Notes under the pieces: generated by a model
What the model saw: the letters and a program-made list of their open reading frames with translations, nothing else
Told to the model about the DNA's origin: nothing
The model's database searches: none
Shown here: piece after piece, positions 15,419 to 24,757 of the stretch
How the letters are laid out: the number at the start of each line of letters is the position of its first letter
How positions within the stretch are numbered: the first letter of the stretch is position 1
Translations under genes and position numbers: made by a program
NCBI GenBank assembly: GCA_036169915.1
Contig: JAVHOF010000075.1
Span: 1-46,641, forward strand
Direction of reading: 5' to 3'
Length of the DNA stretch: 46,641 bases
Origin: Candidatus Pacearchaeota archaeon
Lineage (GTDB): Archaea; Nanobdellota; Nanobdellia; Pacearchaeales; GW2011-AR1

Positions 15419-18283
15419 ATGACTTATATTAAAAAATTGGTGATGAAGGGATTCAAGAGCTTTGCACGAGAAACAATAATAGATTTTGACCAGCATATGA
15501 ATGTAGTTGTAGGTCCAAATGGTTCAGGTAAAAGCAATGTAACAGATGCTCTATGCTTTGTTTTAGGAAGATTATCAATCAAAAGTATAAGGGCTGCAAA
15601 AGCATCTCATCTAATTTTTTCAGGAAACAAGGAATTTAAGGGTGCAAATGAAGCTTTTGTTGAAATTTCTCTTGATAACTCTGACAAAACCTTTTCTCTT
15701 GATAGCATGGAGATAACAATAAAAAGAATTGTCAGGAAAAATGGACAGAGCATTTATAAAATAAATCATGAGACAAAAACAAGGCAAGAAGTTCTTGAAT
15801 TATTAGCACAGGCAGGAATAGATCCACATGGATTCAATATTGTTCTTCAGGGTGAAATAGAAAAATTTGTTAAAATGCCTTCTGAAGAGAGAAGAAAAGT
15901 GCTAGAAGAAGTTGCAGGAATATCGGTCTATGAAATGAGAAAAGAAAAATCTCTAAAAGAGATGGAAAAAACAGATGAGAAATTAAAGCAGATAAATGCC
16001 ATTTTAAGAGAAAGAACAAATTATCTTAGAAATCTTGAGAGTGAAAGAGAAGAAGCATTAAAATTCAAAAAATTAGAAGAGTTTAAAAAAAGATGCAAGG
16101 CATCTATAGTCCATAGAAATTTTCAGGAAAAGGAAAAAGAATTAAATGATGTTCTTGAACAGATTGAATCAAAAAACAAGGAAATAAAGAAAAAACAGGA
16201 ATTAATTGGAAAAATTCAAAGCGAAGCAAATATATTGAATGAAAAAATAAATTATATTTCTTTGACAATACAAAAATCTTCTGGAATAGAACAAGATTCT
16301 CTTATTTCAGAAATTTCTCTCTTAAAACAGGAAATAGCAGGATTATTTGCAAGAAAAGAAAATTTTGAAAATCAGCTTCTTGAATTAAGCAGAAGAAAGC
16401 AGACTCTTGAAGATTCAACAGAAATGCTTGAATCTGAAATTAGGGAGATTTCAAAAGAAAAGGGGAAAGATAAAAAAAAAGAATTAGAGGGGAAAAAAGC
16501 AAGATTAGAATCTCTTGATGAAGCTAAAAGGCAGTATTATCTTATTAAGTCTAATTTATCTTCAACAACTAATCAGATAGAAGATAAAAAGAGAGAGATT
16601 CAGAGAATAAAAAACGAATCTAATTTTATCATAAATCAGATTGAACAACTGGAAAGAGAATTGAAAACAAAAGAAAGCATTGAAAAAAACCATGAATCAA
16701 TTGTTCATTTAAAAGATGTCATAGCAGAACTAAAACAGAAAATAATTTCAATGGAAGAATCTATTCTTGAAAAAGAACGAGCAATTGCAACAGATAGACA
16801 GATAATAAAAGAAGCAGATTTAATAAAATCCCAGGTATCTAAATTAGACATATGCCCTTTATGCAAGACAAAAATAACTAAAGAACATATAGATGAAGTA
16901 ATAAGCAAGTCGGATTTAGATATAACAGATTCAGCATTAAAAATCCAAGAAGCTGAAAAGCAAATATCTGGAATTAAAAATGATCTTCAGAAAATAAGGG
17001 AAAGAATAAATTCCAGTTCAAATGAAATTAATCAAAGAGCAATAGATTCAATAAAAAGCCAGAGCATAAATGAAAAAAAAGAGCAGTTAAAAAGAAATCA
17101 CGAACAGTCAGATATTTTTGAAAAAGAGCTTCAAAATCTTGAAATAAAAAAGAAATCTTTTGAAGATAAATTCTCTATTATGAAGCTAAGTGATGAACAA
17201 TATGAAAATCTAAGATTGGAAATTAATGAACTTCAGAGAAGTGAAGAGAGAAATCTCGGAATGGAAATAACTTCAAAGCAAAGAGAACTTGAAAGAATAA
17301 AGCTTGCAATTAAGCAGAACATAAGAGACAAGGAAGAATTAGTTGAAACATTAAAAGAAATAAGTGAAAGTCTTGAAACAAAGCAAAAAATAACAGAAGA
17401 AAAAGAAGAGCAGTCAGAAATTGTAAAAAGAAAATATCAGAAAATGTTTGAAGAGAAAAATTCTCTTCAGGATAAACTCAGGATGTTTGAGACAAATATA
17501 ATGAAGCACCAGAATGAAAAAATGCTTTATGAATCAGAAAATAATAATCTTATGATTACAAAAGCTCAGGTAAATGCAAGAAAAGATTCTTTAATGCAAG
17601 AATTAAAAGAATTTGAAAATGTAGAGTTTCTAACAATGAACGTTGAAAAATTAAAAGAAAAATTATTTGAAACTGAGGGTATTTTGGCAAGAATAGGAAA
17701 TGTTAATCTAAGAGCCTTGGAAGTTTATGATAATATTAAGGCAGAATATGATAAAATAAAAGAAAAAGTTGAGCAATTAGAAAAAGAAAAATTTGAAATT
17801 TTGAATATAATAGCACAGATTGATAAAAAGAAAAAGAAAACTTTTCTTCAAACTTTGGAAAAAATAAATGAATTATTCTCAAGAAATTTCTCTCAATTAA
17901 GCACAAAAGGAATAGTAAATCTTGAGCCTGAAAATACAAAAGAAGTGTTTGATGCAGGCTTGAACATTACTGTAAAAGTTGGGGGTGGAAAATACTTTGA
18001 TGTTACTTCCTTGTCAGGAGGGGAACAAACCCTAGTAGCTCTTTCTTTAATATTCTCAATCCAGGAATACAAGCCTTATTGTTTTTATATTTTTGATGAA
18101 ATTGATGCAGCTCTGGACAGAAGAAACTCAGAAAGACTTGCATACCTCTTAAAAAAATATATGAAAAACGGCCAATATCTGATAATAACTCATAATGATT
18201 CAATAATATCAGAATCTACAAATGTACTTTATGGAGTAAGCATGCAAGAAGGAATATCCAAGGTTTTAAGCTTGGAGATTTAA
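15419..18283 (+). CDS. smc: SMC-family chromosome-organisation ATPase, hinge-less, with central CPLC motif
   Basis: The N-terminal head has GFKSF..VVGPNGSGKSN, LQGEIEKF and EEVAGI. The C-terminal head has LSGGEQTLVALSLIFSIQ, FYIFDEIDAALD and YGVSMQEGISKV. Residues ~170-790 are continuous E/K/L/I-rich coiled coil. CPLC is at residues 479-482 (nt 16853-16864). Confidence 0.85.
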   Translation: MTYIKKLVMKGFKSFARETIIDFDQHMNVVVGPNGSGKSNVTDALCFVLGRLSIKSIRAAKASHLIFSGNKEFKGANEAFVEISLDNSDKTFSLDSMEITIKRIVRKNGQSIYKINHETKTRQEVLELLAQAGIDPHGFNIVLQGEIEKFVKMPSEERRKVLEEVAGISVYEMRKEKSLKEMEKTDEKLKQINAILRERTNYLRNLESEREEALKFKKLEEFKKRCKASIVHRNFQEKEKELNDVLEQIESKNKEIKKKQELIGKIQSEANILNEKINYISLTIQKSSGIEQDSLISEISLLKQEIAGLFARKENFENQLLELSRRKQTLEDSTEMLESEIREISKEKGKDKKKELEGKKARLESLDEAKRQYYLIKSNLSSTTNQIEDKKREIQRIKNESNFIINQIEQLERELKTKESIEKNHESIVHLKDVIAELKQKIISMEESILEKERAIATDRQIIKEADLIKSQVSKLDICPLCKTKITKEHIDEVISKSDLDITDSALKIQEAEKQISGIKNDLQKIRERINSSSNEINQRAIDSIKSQSINEKKEQLKRNHEQSDIFEKELQNLEIKKKSFEDKFSIMKLSDEQYENLRLEINELQRSEERNLGMEITSKQRELERIKLAIKQNIRDKEELVETLKEISESLETKQKITEEKEEQSEIVKRKYQKMFEEKNSLQDKLRMFETNIMKHQNEKMLYESENNNLMITKAQVNARKDSLMQELKEFENVEFLTMNVEKLKEKLFETEGILARIGNVNLRALEVYDNIKAEYDKIKEKVEQLEKEKFEILNIIAQIDKKKKKTFLQTLEKINELFSRNFSQLSTKGIVNLEPENTKEVFDAGLNITVKVGGGKYFDVTSLSGGEQTLVALSLIFSIQEYKPYCFYIFDEIDAALDRRNSERLAYLLKKYMKNGQYLIITHNDSIISESTNVLYGVSMQEGISKVLSLEI

Positions 18284-18379
18284 AATAAATAAGCTAAATA
18301 AGTTTAACCACTAATATTATAAACTCTTATACCCTATTATATATAATGATTTATAACTTTAAAAGGAGGTTTTAATTGA

Positions 18380-18652
18380 ATGGCTAAATTAAATAAAAAC
18401 CAGATAGGTTTAATTCTAGGTATATTTATAGCTCTTATGCATTTAATATGGGCAATTTTAGTATGGATAATTCCTACCTATGTTCAAAGCTTCTTTAACT
18501 GGATATTTGAACTTCATGCTATAGAACCTATATATAATATAACAACAATGACCCTACTTAATGCAATAATGCTTGTTATCATGACCTTTATTTCAGGTTA
18601 TATATTTGGCTGGGTATTTGCATGGGTTTGGAATATGAGAGCAAAGAAGTAA
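18380..18652 (+). CDS. small membrane protein (90 aa, 2-3 TM helices)
   Basis: AAGGAGG Shine-Dalgarno about 10 nt upstream of the ATG. The protein is strongly hydrophobic. Confidence 0.55.
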   Translation: MAKLNKNQIGLILGIFIALMHLIWAILVWIIPTYVQSFFNWIFELHAIEPIYNITTMTLLNAIMLVIMTFISGYIFGWVFAWVWNMRAKK

Positions 18653-18662
18653 ATTTATTTTT

Positions 18663-18926
18663 TTAATTAGAATTTGGAGTTTGATTAAATACATTTCTTA
18701 GAAATTTCACTCGTTTGCCAGGATTAACTATTACAACAGGCCCTAAAGCATCTATTATGTTATTAATTCTTGAACTAAGTTTAGATTCATCTTCATCAGA
18801 ATCAATTACGCTATCTTCATGAATTGCTATAAATTTCCCAGTATACCTTCTTTCTAATTCACCAAGATGTTCAATAAAATATTTTATCTCCAATATTTCA
18901 TTTTCAAGTAAATAACAATCATACAT
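18663..18926 (-). CDS. small hypothetical protein (87 aa)
   Basis: ORF lying 2 nt downstream of the preceding gene on the same strand. No firm family assignment. Confidence 0.45.
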   Translation of the reverse strand: MYDCYLLENEILEIKYFIEHLGELERRYTGKFIAIHEDSVIDSDEDESKLSSRINNIIDALGPVVIVNPGKRVKFLRNVFNQTPNSN

Positions 18927-18928
18927 TT

Positions 18929-19354
18929 TTATCTCCCACCTATCCTAAGCATATTTTCACTAAGCCAGCGAAAAGTATAATCACAAAGTCTATCAGTATA
19001 ACAGCTTAATTTCCAGACAAATCCATCTTTATTATGTGTTGGAATCTCCATTTCTTTAGGTATTTTGAATTCCTCTCCAACTATCTTCTGTACAGCTGAA
19101 ATTAATCCACCTATTTGAGCAGCAGCATAAGCCCTATTTCCACCCATGTCTAATCCTTGCCTGATTAAAGGCAATACTTTAACACCCATTGCAACTATTT
19201 TTCCATAAGCAGGGCATTGTCTTACTTCATCTAAATTTTTAGGGGGATAATTTCGAGTATAAATAATCTTATGATTTTCGCAATATTCTATTAATTCACT
19301 AAATAAATCTAAGAATTCTTTTTCCAAAACTTTATCTTCTAAATTTTCTGTCAT
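18929..19354 (-). CDS. hypothetical protein (141 aa from ATG at 19354)
   Basis: A TTTATAAAT box about 25 nt upstream of the internal ATG (MTENLEDK) favours this start over the ORF-track start at 19417. Confidence 0.5.
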   Translation of the reverse strand: MTENLEDKVLEKEFLDLFSELIEYCENHKIIYTRNYPPKNLDEVRQCPAYGKIVAMGVKVLPLIRQGLDMGGNRAYAAAQIGGLISAVQKIVGEEFKIPKEMEIPTHNKDGFVWKLSCYTDRLCDYTFRWLSENMLRIGGR

Positions 19355-19446
19355 GTTGTAAAGAAGTACTAAATATTTATAAATCTCTCTTTTATTAAAA
19401 AAGAAAAAGGGAAACAAGTATAAAAAATAAAAAAAATAAAAAAAGA

Positions 19447-20742
19447 TTAATAATAACTTGTTTCACCGAATTCTTCAGTTTCTGCAGGTCTTCTTGTTAA
19501 TAGCACTATTAATACTATCAAAAGCACTACAAAGATTATAACTAAGATTACAGTAAGAACTAGAACAGTATTGTTTTCAGTTATTCCTGAAACGCCTGTT
19601 GTTGTTCCTGTAGTTGTATTCTTCTGAACATTCAGAGTGAAAGTAACTTTTCTTTCAAGTCCGCTTTCAGAATTGACATCCACTGTAACTAAGCTAGTAC
19701 CTTCATTAGCACTATCTAAAGCTTTTACTTTGACGCTTACAGTCTTACTTGAATCTGCACTTAATGCAACAACTGGTTCAGATACTTCGACAGCTAATCC
19801 TGTTACTGGTTCAGGAACGATTGAATAAACAACCATCCTGTCATTAGGATTAACCAAAACAACATTAAATGTTGCTTCTTCGCCTATTGCAATTGATTTT
19901 GAAGTTACAGTTGGAACAACTCCAGTCTGTATACTTTCAACAACAATTTTCTTTACCACAGTTGTACTTGTGTCATAGTTATAAGCTTCAACTTGCAAAT
20001 TGTAAGTTCCTGCATTAGCATTACTTGGTATAGATAAATACAAAACTTTGTCCAGAGTATCTTTTATATTCTGGTAGTAGTCTGTATTATCTTCAGGTCT
20101 AGGACCTAAATCCCCAAAGTAAAGTAGTCTTTCAACTCCTAATTCAGGTATAGAAGCTCTAACATATACATTATCAAGTCTATTGTTTCCATTGTTTTCA
20201 ACAACAACATCAACAGGAATTGTGCTTCCAGATGTTACTTTGCTTGGTGCATCAACAGAAAGTGTATTTAAGCTGTAAAGCTCTCTTTCCATTGTTATAG
20301 ATCTTGAATCTATAACTGTGTTATCTGCTGAATATATTTCTATATTCAAAGTTGTCTCTTGAGAAAGATCTTCTAAGTCTCTAGCAGAAGGAAGATTTAA
20401 AGTAAATCTTGCTACATATCCATTAACATCCTTTTTTAAAGGAGTTGATAATGTAGTAGTTTCTTCAATGTCATCTTTCAAGCCTCTTATAGAAACTTTA
20501 ACCTTAACCCAATCTGTTACATCTTTCAATGCTCCAAACTCAACTTCTACAGGAACAGTATCAGCTACTTTTCCTACATAAGTTTTTGCATTAGTTGCTA
20601 TAACTCCATTGATTTCAATTCTGTCAATTCTGACAAAACCAGAATCAGTAGTAGAAGCATTTTCCACAGCAAGGACTGTATTCAAAGCAAGAGCTATAGC
20701 TAAAAATGCTATAAAAGAAACCCATATCGCTTTGTTTTCCAT
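19447..20742 (-). CDS. cell-surface (S-layer-like) protein with signal peptide and C-terminal membrane anchor
   Basis: Sec-type signal (..ALNTVLA/VE) and a T/V/S/N-rich beta-type sequence. A Thr/Gly-rich linker (TTTGTTTG) precedes a TM helix and a basic/acidic tail. Confidence 0.6.
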   Translation of the reverse strand: MENKAIWVSFIAFLAIALALNTVLAVENASTTDSGFVRIDRIEINGVIATNAKTYVGKVADTVPVEVEFGALKDVTDWVKVKVSIRGLKDDIEETTTLSTPLKKDVNGYVARFTLNLPSARDLEDLSQETTLNIEIYSADNTVIDSRSITMERELYSLNTLSVDAPSKVTSGSTIPVDVVVENNGNNRLDNVYVRASIPELGVERLLYFGDLGPRPEDNTDYYQNIKDTLDKVLYLSIPSNANAGTYNLQVEAYNYDTSTTVVKKIVVESIQTGVVPTVTSKSIAIGEEATFNVVLVNPNDRMVVYSIVPEPVTGLAVEVSEPVVALSADSSKTVSVKVKALDSANEGTSLVTVDVNSESGLERKVTFTLNVQKNTTTGTTTGVSGITENNTVLVLTVILVIIFVVLLIVLIVLLTRRPAETEEFGETSYY

Positions 20743-20871
20743 GTTAGGTTTTTAAAAATTTAGTTGATTAAATGACTCAAAAATGCTTTATAAAGATTTC
20801 TATTGTGTAATAACTATATAATAGATACAAAACTAGAAACCTTTATATAGTATACTTTGGTATAACCAAGT

Positions 20872-21105
20872 ATGCCAAAGATATCCACAATAAAATTATC
20901 GACGGAAACTAAGGAAAGATTGTCGAAATTAAAAGAACATGAAAGAGAAACTTTTGATGAAGTTCTGAACAAGATTTTATACATATTAAATGTCTGTAAA
21001 AAAGAGCCTGAAAAAGCTCAAAAAATACTTGAAAACATAGACAAGAGAATCAGAAGGATTCAAATCTTTAAAAAAAGAATTAAAAGTGTGAATAAAGGAA
21101 AATAA
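20872..21105 (+). CDS. putative ribbon-helix-helix DNA-binding protein (77 aa)
   Basis: The N-terminal STIKLSTETKERLSKLK strand-helix pattern is typical of CopG/RHH proteins. Its stop lies 1 nt before the next ATG. Confidence 0.4.
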   Translation: MPKISTIKLSTETKERLSKLKEHERETFDEVLNKILYILNVCKKEPEKAQKILENIDKRIRRIQIFKKRIKSVNKGK

Positions 21106-21106
21106 A

Positions 21107-21499
21107 ATGAAAACTACATTTCAAACAGATGAGTTTTATGAAAATCCGCACAGATTTAAACAAATTTATAATTTAAGAGAAAGACTAAATATTTATGCAG
21201 GAGTTACTAGTGGATTACTTGCTCCAGTAATCTTTCACAGATATTTTCATTTTCCATTGGAATCAAAAAATATAGGTGAAGAATCAATTAAATGGGTATG
21301 TGCAGGCATGATTTCATTAGGTCATTTAGAGCTTGATTTATTATCTTTTGTTGCAGGAACTTATATAGGTTTTTCTGGAGCTAATAATTTAAGAAATAAA
21401 AGAATAAACAAAGAGAGAATTGCTGAAAAGGAAAGAAGAGGTGAATTGCACTCTCCAAGATTTGGTGATGAATACCTAACAGAAGGTTTGAGAAGATAA
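21107..21499 (+). CDS. hypothetical membrane protein (130 aa)
   Basis: Two hydrophobic segments and a basic C-terminal tail. It is tightly coupled to the RHH gene. Confidence 0.5.
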   Translation: MKTTFQTDEFYENPHRFKQIYNLRERLNIYAGVTSGLLAPVIFHRYFHFPLESKNIGEESIKWVCAGMISLGHLELDLLSFVAGTYIGFSGANNLRNKRINKERIAEKERRGELHSPRFGDEYLTEGLRR

Positions 21500-22273
21500 T
21501 TAATTCTTCTCAATTCTCAACCCATTAACACTATCTTCAACAGAATAAGGGCTTTCATTGATTATTACAATATCTTTATTTTTAGGCAGGTTTTTCAAAA
21601 GCTCTTTCCATTCTGAATCACTTGTTTTTTTATGTTTTTTTTCACCTTTTTCCCCATATTCAATTCCTGAAAAATGAACATGCCAGGAATCAAACTTTCC
21701 AAATAATTTATTGATTTTTTCATAATCTACTTTTTTATCTCTTGCAAGAACATGGGCAAAGTCAATGCAAAAATCACAGCCAGTATCTGAAACCAATCTA
21801 TAAATATCATCAATAGAACCAAAAACATTTATTTTTCCAGTTGTTTCAGCAGCTATTTTAATTTTCCATTTATTCTTTTTAATTTCATCCATAATCTCTA
21901 TGACTACTTTTTTTATATTTTCATAGCTTTCTTCCTTATCCATACCACTATAATAGCCAGCATGAAATACGACCATTTCAGCGCCTAATTTCTCTCCAAC
22001 TCTGCAGCAGTCAAGAATTCTTTTTTTGCTTTCTTCAATCTTTGTCTTTTCCTTGCTATTTAGATTAATCCAATATTGAGAATGAATTGAAATCCTGATT
22101 CCTAGTTTCTTAGCAACCTTGCCAATTTCAATAGCATCTTTTTCATTTTTAATATAAATTCCATAAGTAAATGCTATTTCACATGCTTTTAAACCAAGTT
22201 CAGAATAGTTTTCAAGTCTTTCAACAGCTTCTTTAACAGGTCCAAGTCCTGCTGGACCAAAATGAATTGCCAT
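21500..22273 (-). CDS. AP endonuclease family 2 / endonuclease IV-like TIM-barrel protein
   Basis: The ordered metal-ligand pattern resembles Endo IV: IHSQYWINL, VVFHAGY, AAETTG, CIDFAHV, HVHFSG, INES. Confidence 0.65.
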   Translation of the reverse strand: MAIHFGPAGLGPVKEAVERLENYSELGLKACEIAFTYGIYIKNEKDAIEIGKVAKKLGIRISIHSQYWINLNSKEKTKIEESKKRILDCCRVGEKLGAEMVVFHAGYYSGMDKEESYENIKKVVIEIMDEIKKNKWKIKIAAETTGKINVFGSIDDIYRLVSDTGCDFCIDFAHVLARDKKVDYEKINKLFGKFDSWHVHFSGIEYGEKGEKKHKKTSDSEWKELLKNLPKNKDIVIINESPYSVEDSVNGLRIEKN

Positions 22274-22307
22274 AAAATGATTTTCTCCTTTAAATTATAA
22301 ATATATC

Positions 22308-22799
22308 TCAAACTTTCTTAAACTCATTGTTTATCTGCCCAATGTTTTTCAAAAGATAATTATGCATCCTTTGAATAATTATTTCTTGCATTTGTTCTCT
22401 TAAAACTCCTGAACAATCTGACATTCTTGCTTCAGGATAGTCTTTAATACCTTTAAGCACAGTGCATATCATTTCCTTGCCTTCTAAGATTTCATTTTCT
22501 ATTGTTCCTTTTTTTAGTTTTAATAATTTAACCTGCACTTCACAGCTTGTTTTTCCAGATTTAATTACTCGGTAATACCAGCTTGCATCCAAATCTTCTT
22601 TTATAAAATAAACCTTCTTGCATGTTGTTAATGAATTAAAAAAACAATTTTCATCATTGCATTGTTTTGAATAGTTCATAAAAATATATATGATAAATAT
22701 TATTATTGCAATAAATAAAATAAAAAATGCAATCCAAATCCTCTTTCCAGCATTAGAATATCCTTCATCCTCAAGAATTTCATTTACACCCTTTTTCAT
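22308..22799 (-). CDS. membrane-anchored extracytoplasmic protein (163 aa, 6 Cys)
   Basis: N-terminal TM helix followed by a Cys-containing domain. No family recognised. Confidence 0.55.
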   Translation of the reverse strand: MKKGVNEILEDEGYSNAGKRIWIAFFILFIAIIIFIIYIFMNYSKQCNDENCFFNSLTTCKKVYFIKEDLDASWYYRVIKSGKTSCEVQVKLLKLKKGTIENEILEGKEMICTVLKGIKDYPEARMSDCSGVLREQMQEIIIQRMHNYLLKNIGQINNEFKKV

Positions 22800-23048
22800 T
22801 ATAAATAATAGAATTGCTATTATTTAAAGGTTATTTAAGTGTTGAGTCAACTTGTGAACTTAACATACTCTTAAAAAATTGTCGTCCAAATTGAAATAAG
22901 AACAATAATTTAATTATTGTTGAGACAGCCCATTTTTTTCTTTTTATTGATAATGTTCAGTAAGATAAGCTAAGGAGAGTAGATTATAGAAAATAAGCAA
23001 GTATTAGGATTGATAATTTACTTAACATTAAGTTACATTCAGAACCAT

Positions 23049-24233
23049 TTACATGCTCACAAGATTAACAGAAGTATCAGTATAAACAAAGTTTGTGGCT
23101 ATTAGATTATGGCATCCAAGTCTTTCACATGTTTCTATTATTTTAGGAGTTGCAGTTCCATCAATAACAATAACATAAGGCTCTTCATTAGTTCCTGTCA
23201 TTCCTATAAGTCTTCCAACAGGTATTTTTCCGATTTTTTCCATCTTTTCATTGTATATTAAAGCACCCTTTGTTCCAATAAGTTCTTCAATATCATCTTT
23301 TATAGCTTCTTTTTCTTTTGCACTCATTTTCTTTAGTTTTTTTTCCTCATGTTTTTCCTGAACTTCTTCTTCAGGCTCTCTCATGTCATATCTTTTTACT
23401 CCTCTTGTTCTCTGGTTAAATGAATATTCTCTTGCAGGAATCTTTTTTCTTAGTCCCTGAAGAATTTCTTTGCCTGTCAGTTCTTCAACTTCTTTTCCTT
23501 CAGGAGCCATAGCTATAAAGTCTATTTTTGCGTTTTCAGTAACATTTTTAATAATAAGATTTCCTCCTCTATCTCCATCAACAAATAAAATAACTTCAGC
23601 TTTTTCTTTGCTTAATCCTTTTATTGTTTCAGGAAGCTTTGTTCCATTCATTGCAATAACATTTTTAACTCCATTTTTCAAAAGATTAATGACATCAGCT
23701 CTTCCTTCAACAATTATAAGTTGATCTCCTGAAATATCACCGCATGGAAGATTTTCAGTCCCATAGGTTTGTATTTTAGATATTTTAGCAGAATCTTTTA
23801 CCTCACTTGTCATCTCACTTATGTCATTTCCAGAATCTCCAAGTTTTTCCATTAGCTTTTTTGCTCTTTCAAGAATATAATCTCTTTTGCTTCCTCTTAC
23901 ATCTTCAATGTCTTCAATTATGAGTTTTGTATCACTAGGTCCTATTCTTTCAATTGTTTCAAGAGCAGCACCTATAATAGCAGTCTCTGTCTTATCCATT
24001 GCAGAAGGCACTTCTATTTCTCCTGAAGTTTTACCATTTTCATAGCTAGAATTAACTTCAATTCTCCCTATTTTTCCAGATTTTTGAAGCTCTCTCATCT
24101 CAAGGTCTTCACCTAAAAGTCCTTCTGTCTGCCCAAACACAGCTCCGATTATATCTGGTTTTTCAACTACTCCGTCTGCTTCAAATTTAGCATGAATTAT
24201 GTATTTTATTGATACAGGTGATATTTTTGCCAT
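23049..24233 (-). CDS. dnaG: archaeal DnaG-type primase / exosome-associated Toprim protein
   Basis: N-terminal KYIIHAKFEADGVVEKPDIIGAVFGQTEGLLG, and a Toprim core LIIVEGRADV ... FVDGDRGG. Confidence 0.85.
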   Translation of the reverse strand: MAKISPVSIKYIIHAKFEADGVVEKPDIIGAVFGQTEGLLGEDLEMRELQKSGKIGRIEVNSSYENGKTSGEIEVPSAMDKTETAIIGAALETIERIGPSDTKLIIEDIEDVRGSKRDYILERAKKLMEKLGDSGNDISEMTSEVKDSAKISKIQTYGTENLPCGDISGDQLIIVEGRADVINLLKNGVKNVIAMNGTKLPETIKGLSKEKAEVILFVDGDRGGNLIIKNVTENAKIDFIAMAPEGKEVEELTGKEILQGLRKKIPAREYSFNQRTRGVKRYDMREPEEEVQEKHEEKKLKKMSAKEKEAIKDDIEELIGTKGALIYNEKMEKIGKIPVGRLIGMTGTNEEPYVIVIDGTATPKIIETCERLGCHNLIATNFVYTDTSVNLVSM

Positions 24234-24589
24234 TTTTAATTTTTCTCAAAGATATTCTAGAAAAAGATATTTTCTCTCTTTTAATCCATTATTAAGTTTT
24301 TATAACTTCTTATTTTTAATCCACTTATTTCGTATAATTCTCTTATTATTTTTGAATTTTTCCGAAATGAATATGAATATTAAACGGAATTGACTATGAT
24401 ATGATAATATCTTTTTCCTTGTTAATATCTATTATTTATACAAACCTAAGAAATCAGCCATTTATAAAATTTTCGCTTTTGAAAATTTTGAAATAAAACT
24501 TAAATCAGCAGAAAAGGTATTAGATTTTGAAATATCTTTTACTATTTAAAGTTTATTCCTCTCGAGAATAACCTTAAAAATCAACAAAA

Positions 24590-24600
24590 AGTTTTAAATA
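24590..24600 (+). promoter_or_regulatory. TATA-like box (GTTTTAAATAG) upstream of the micro-ORF
   Basis: Lies 44-54 nt upstream of the ATG at 24644, which is consistent with a ~20-nt leader carrying GAGGT (24633-24637). Confidence 0.3.
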
Positions 24601-24643
24601 GTCTCGGAATAATATATTTTTAGATAAAAAACGAGGTAAAAAA

Positions 24644-24700
24644 ATGTCAGAAGAGGATGAATTTGATGATTTCCTCGATGAACTTGAGGAAGAAGTTTAA
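24644..24700 (+). CDS. candidate micro-protein, 18 aa, highly acidic (MSEEDEFDDFLDELEEEV)
   Basis: ATG is preceded by GAGGT with a 6-nt spacer and the ORF ends in TAA. T-rich tracts follow at 24711-24729. It is below the ORF-track length cutoff. Confidence 0.2.
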   Translation: MSEEDEFDDFLDELEEEV

Positions 24701-24710
24701 CAAGTTTTAA

Positions 24711-24729
24711 TTTTTTCTTTTCTTTTTTT
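24711..24729 (+). terminator. oligo-T tract downstream of the micro-ORF
   Basis: TTTTTTCTTTTCTTTTTTT begins 10 nt after the TAA. Archaeal termination commonly uses oligo-T signals. Confidence 0.3.
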
Positions 24730-24757
24730 ATAATTTACAATAATTGAAATAATAGAT

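Noticed and set aside
16705-18203. Three ~66-aa minus-strand ORFs inside the SMC-like gene
   Set aside because: They are antisense to a confidently coding region and have no start context. Lys/Glu-rich coiled-coil codons (AAA/GAA) give stop-poor antisense frames.
24234-24643. AT-rich spacer next to dnaG, or the ACCACA palindromes at 39829-39954, as a replication origin
   Set aside because: There is no orc1/cdc6 gene nearby, and no clear ORB-type repeats flank a DUE. The short repeats seen are weak. The idea cannot be supported from this window alone.
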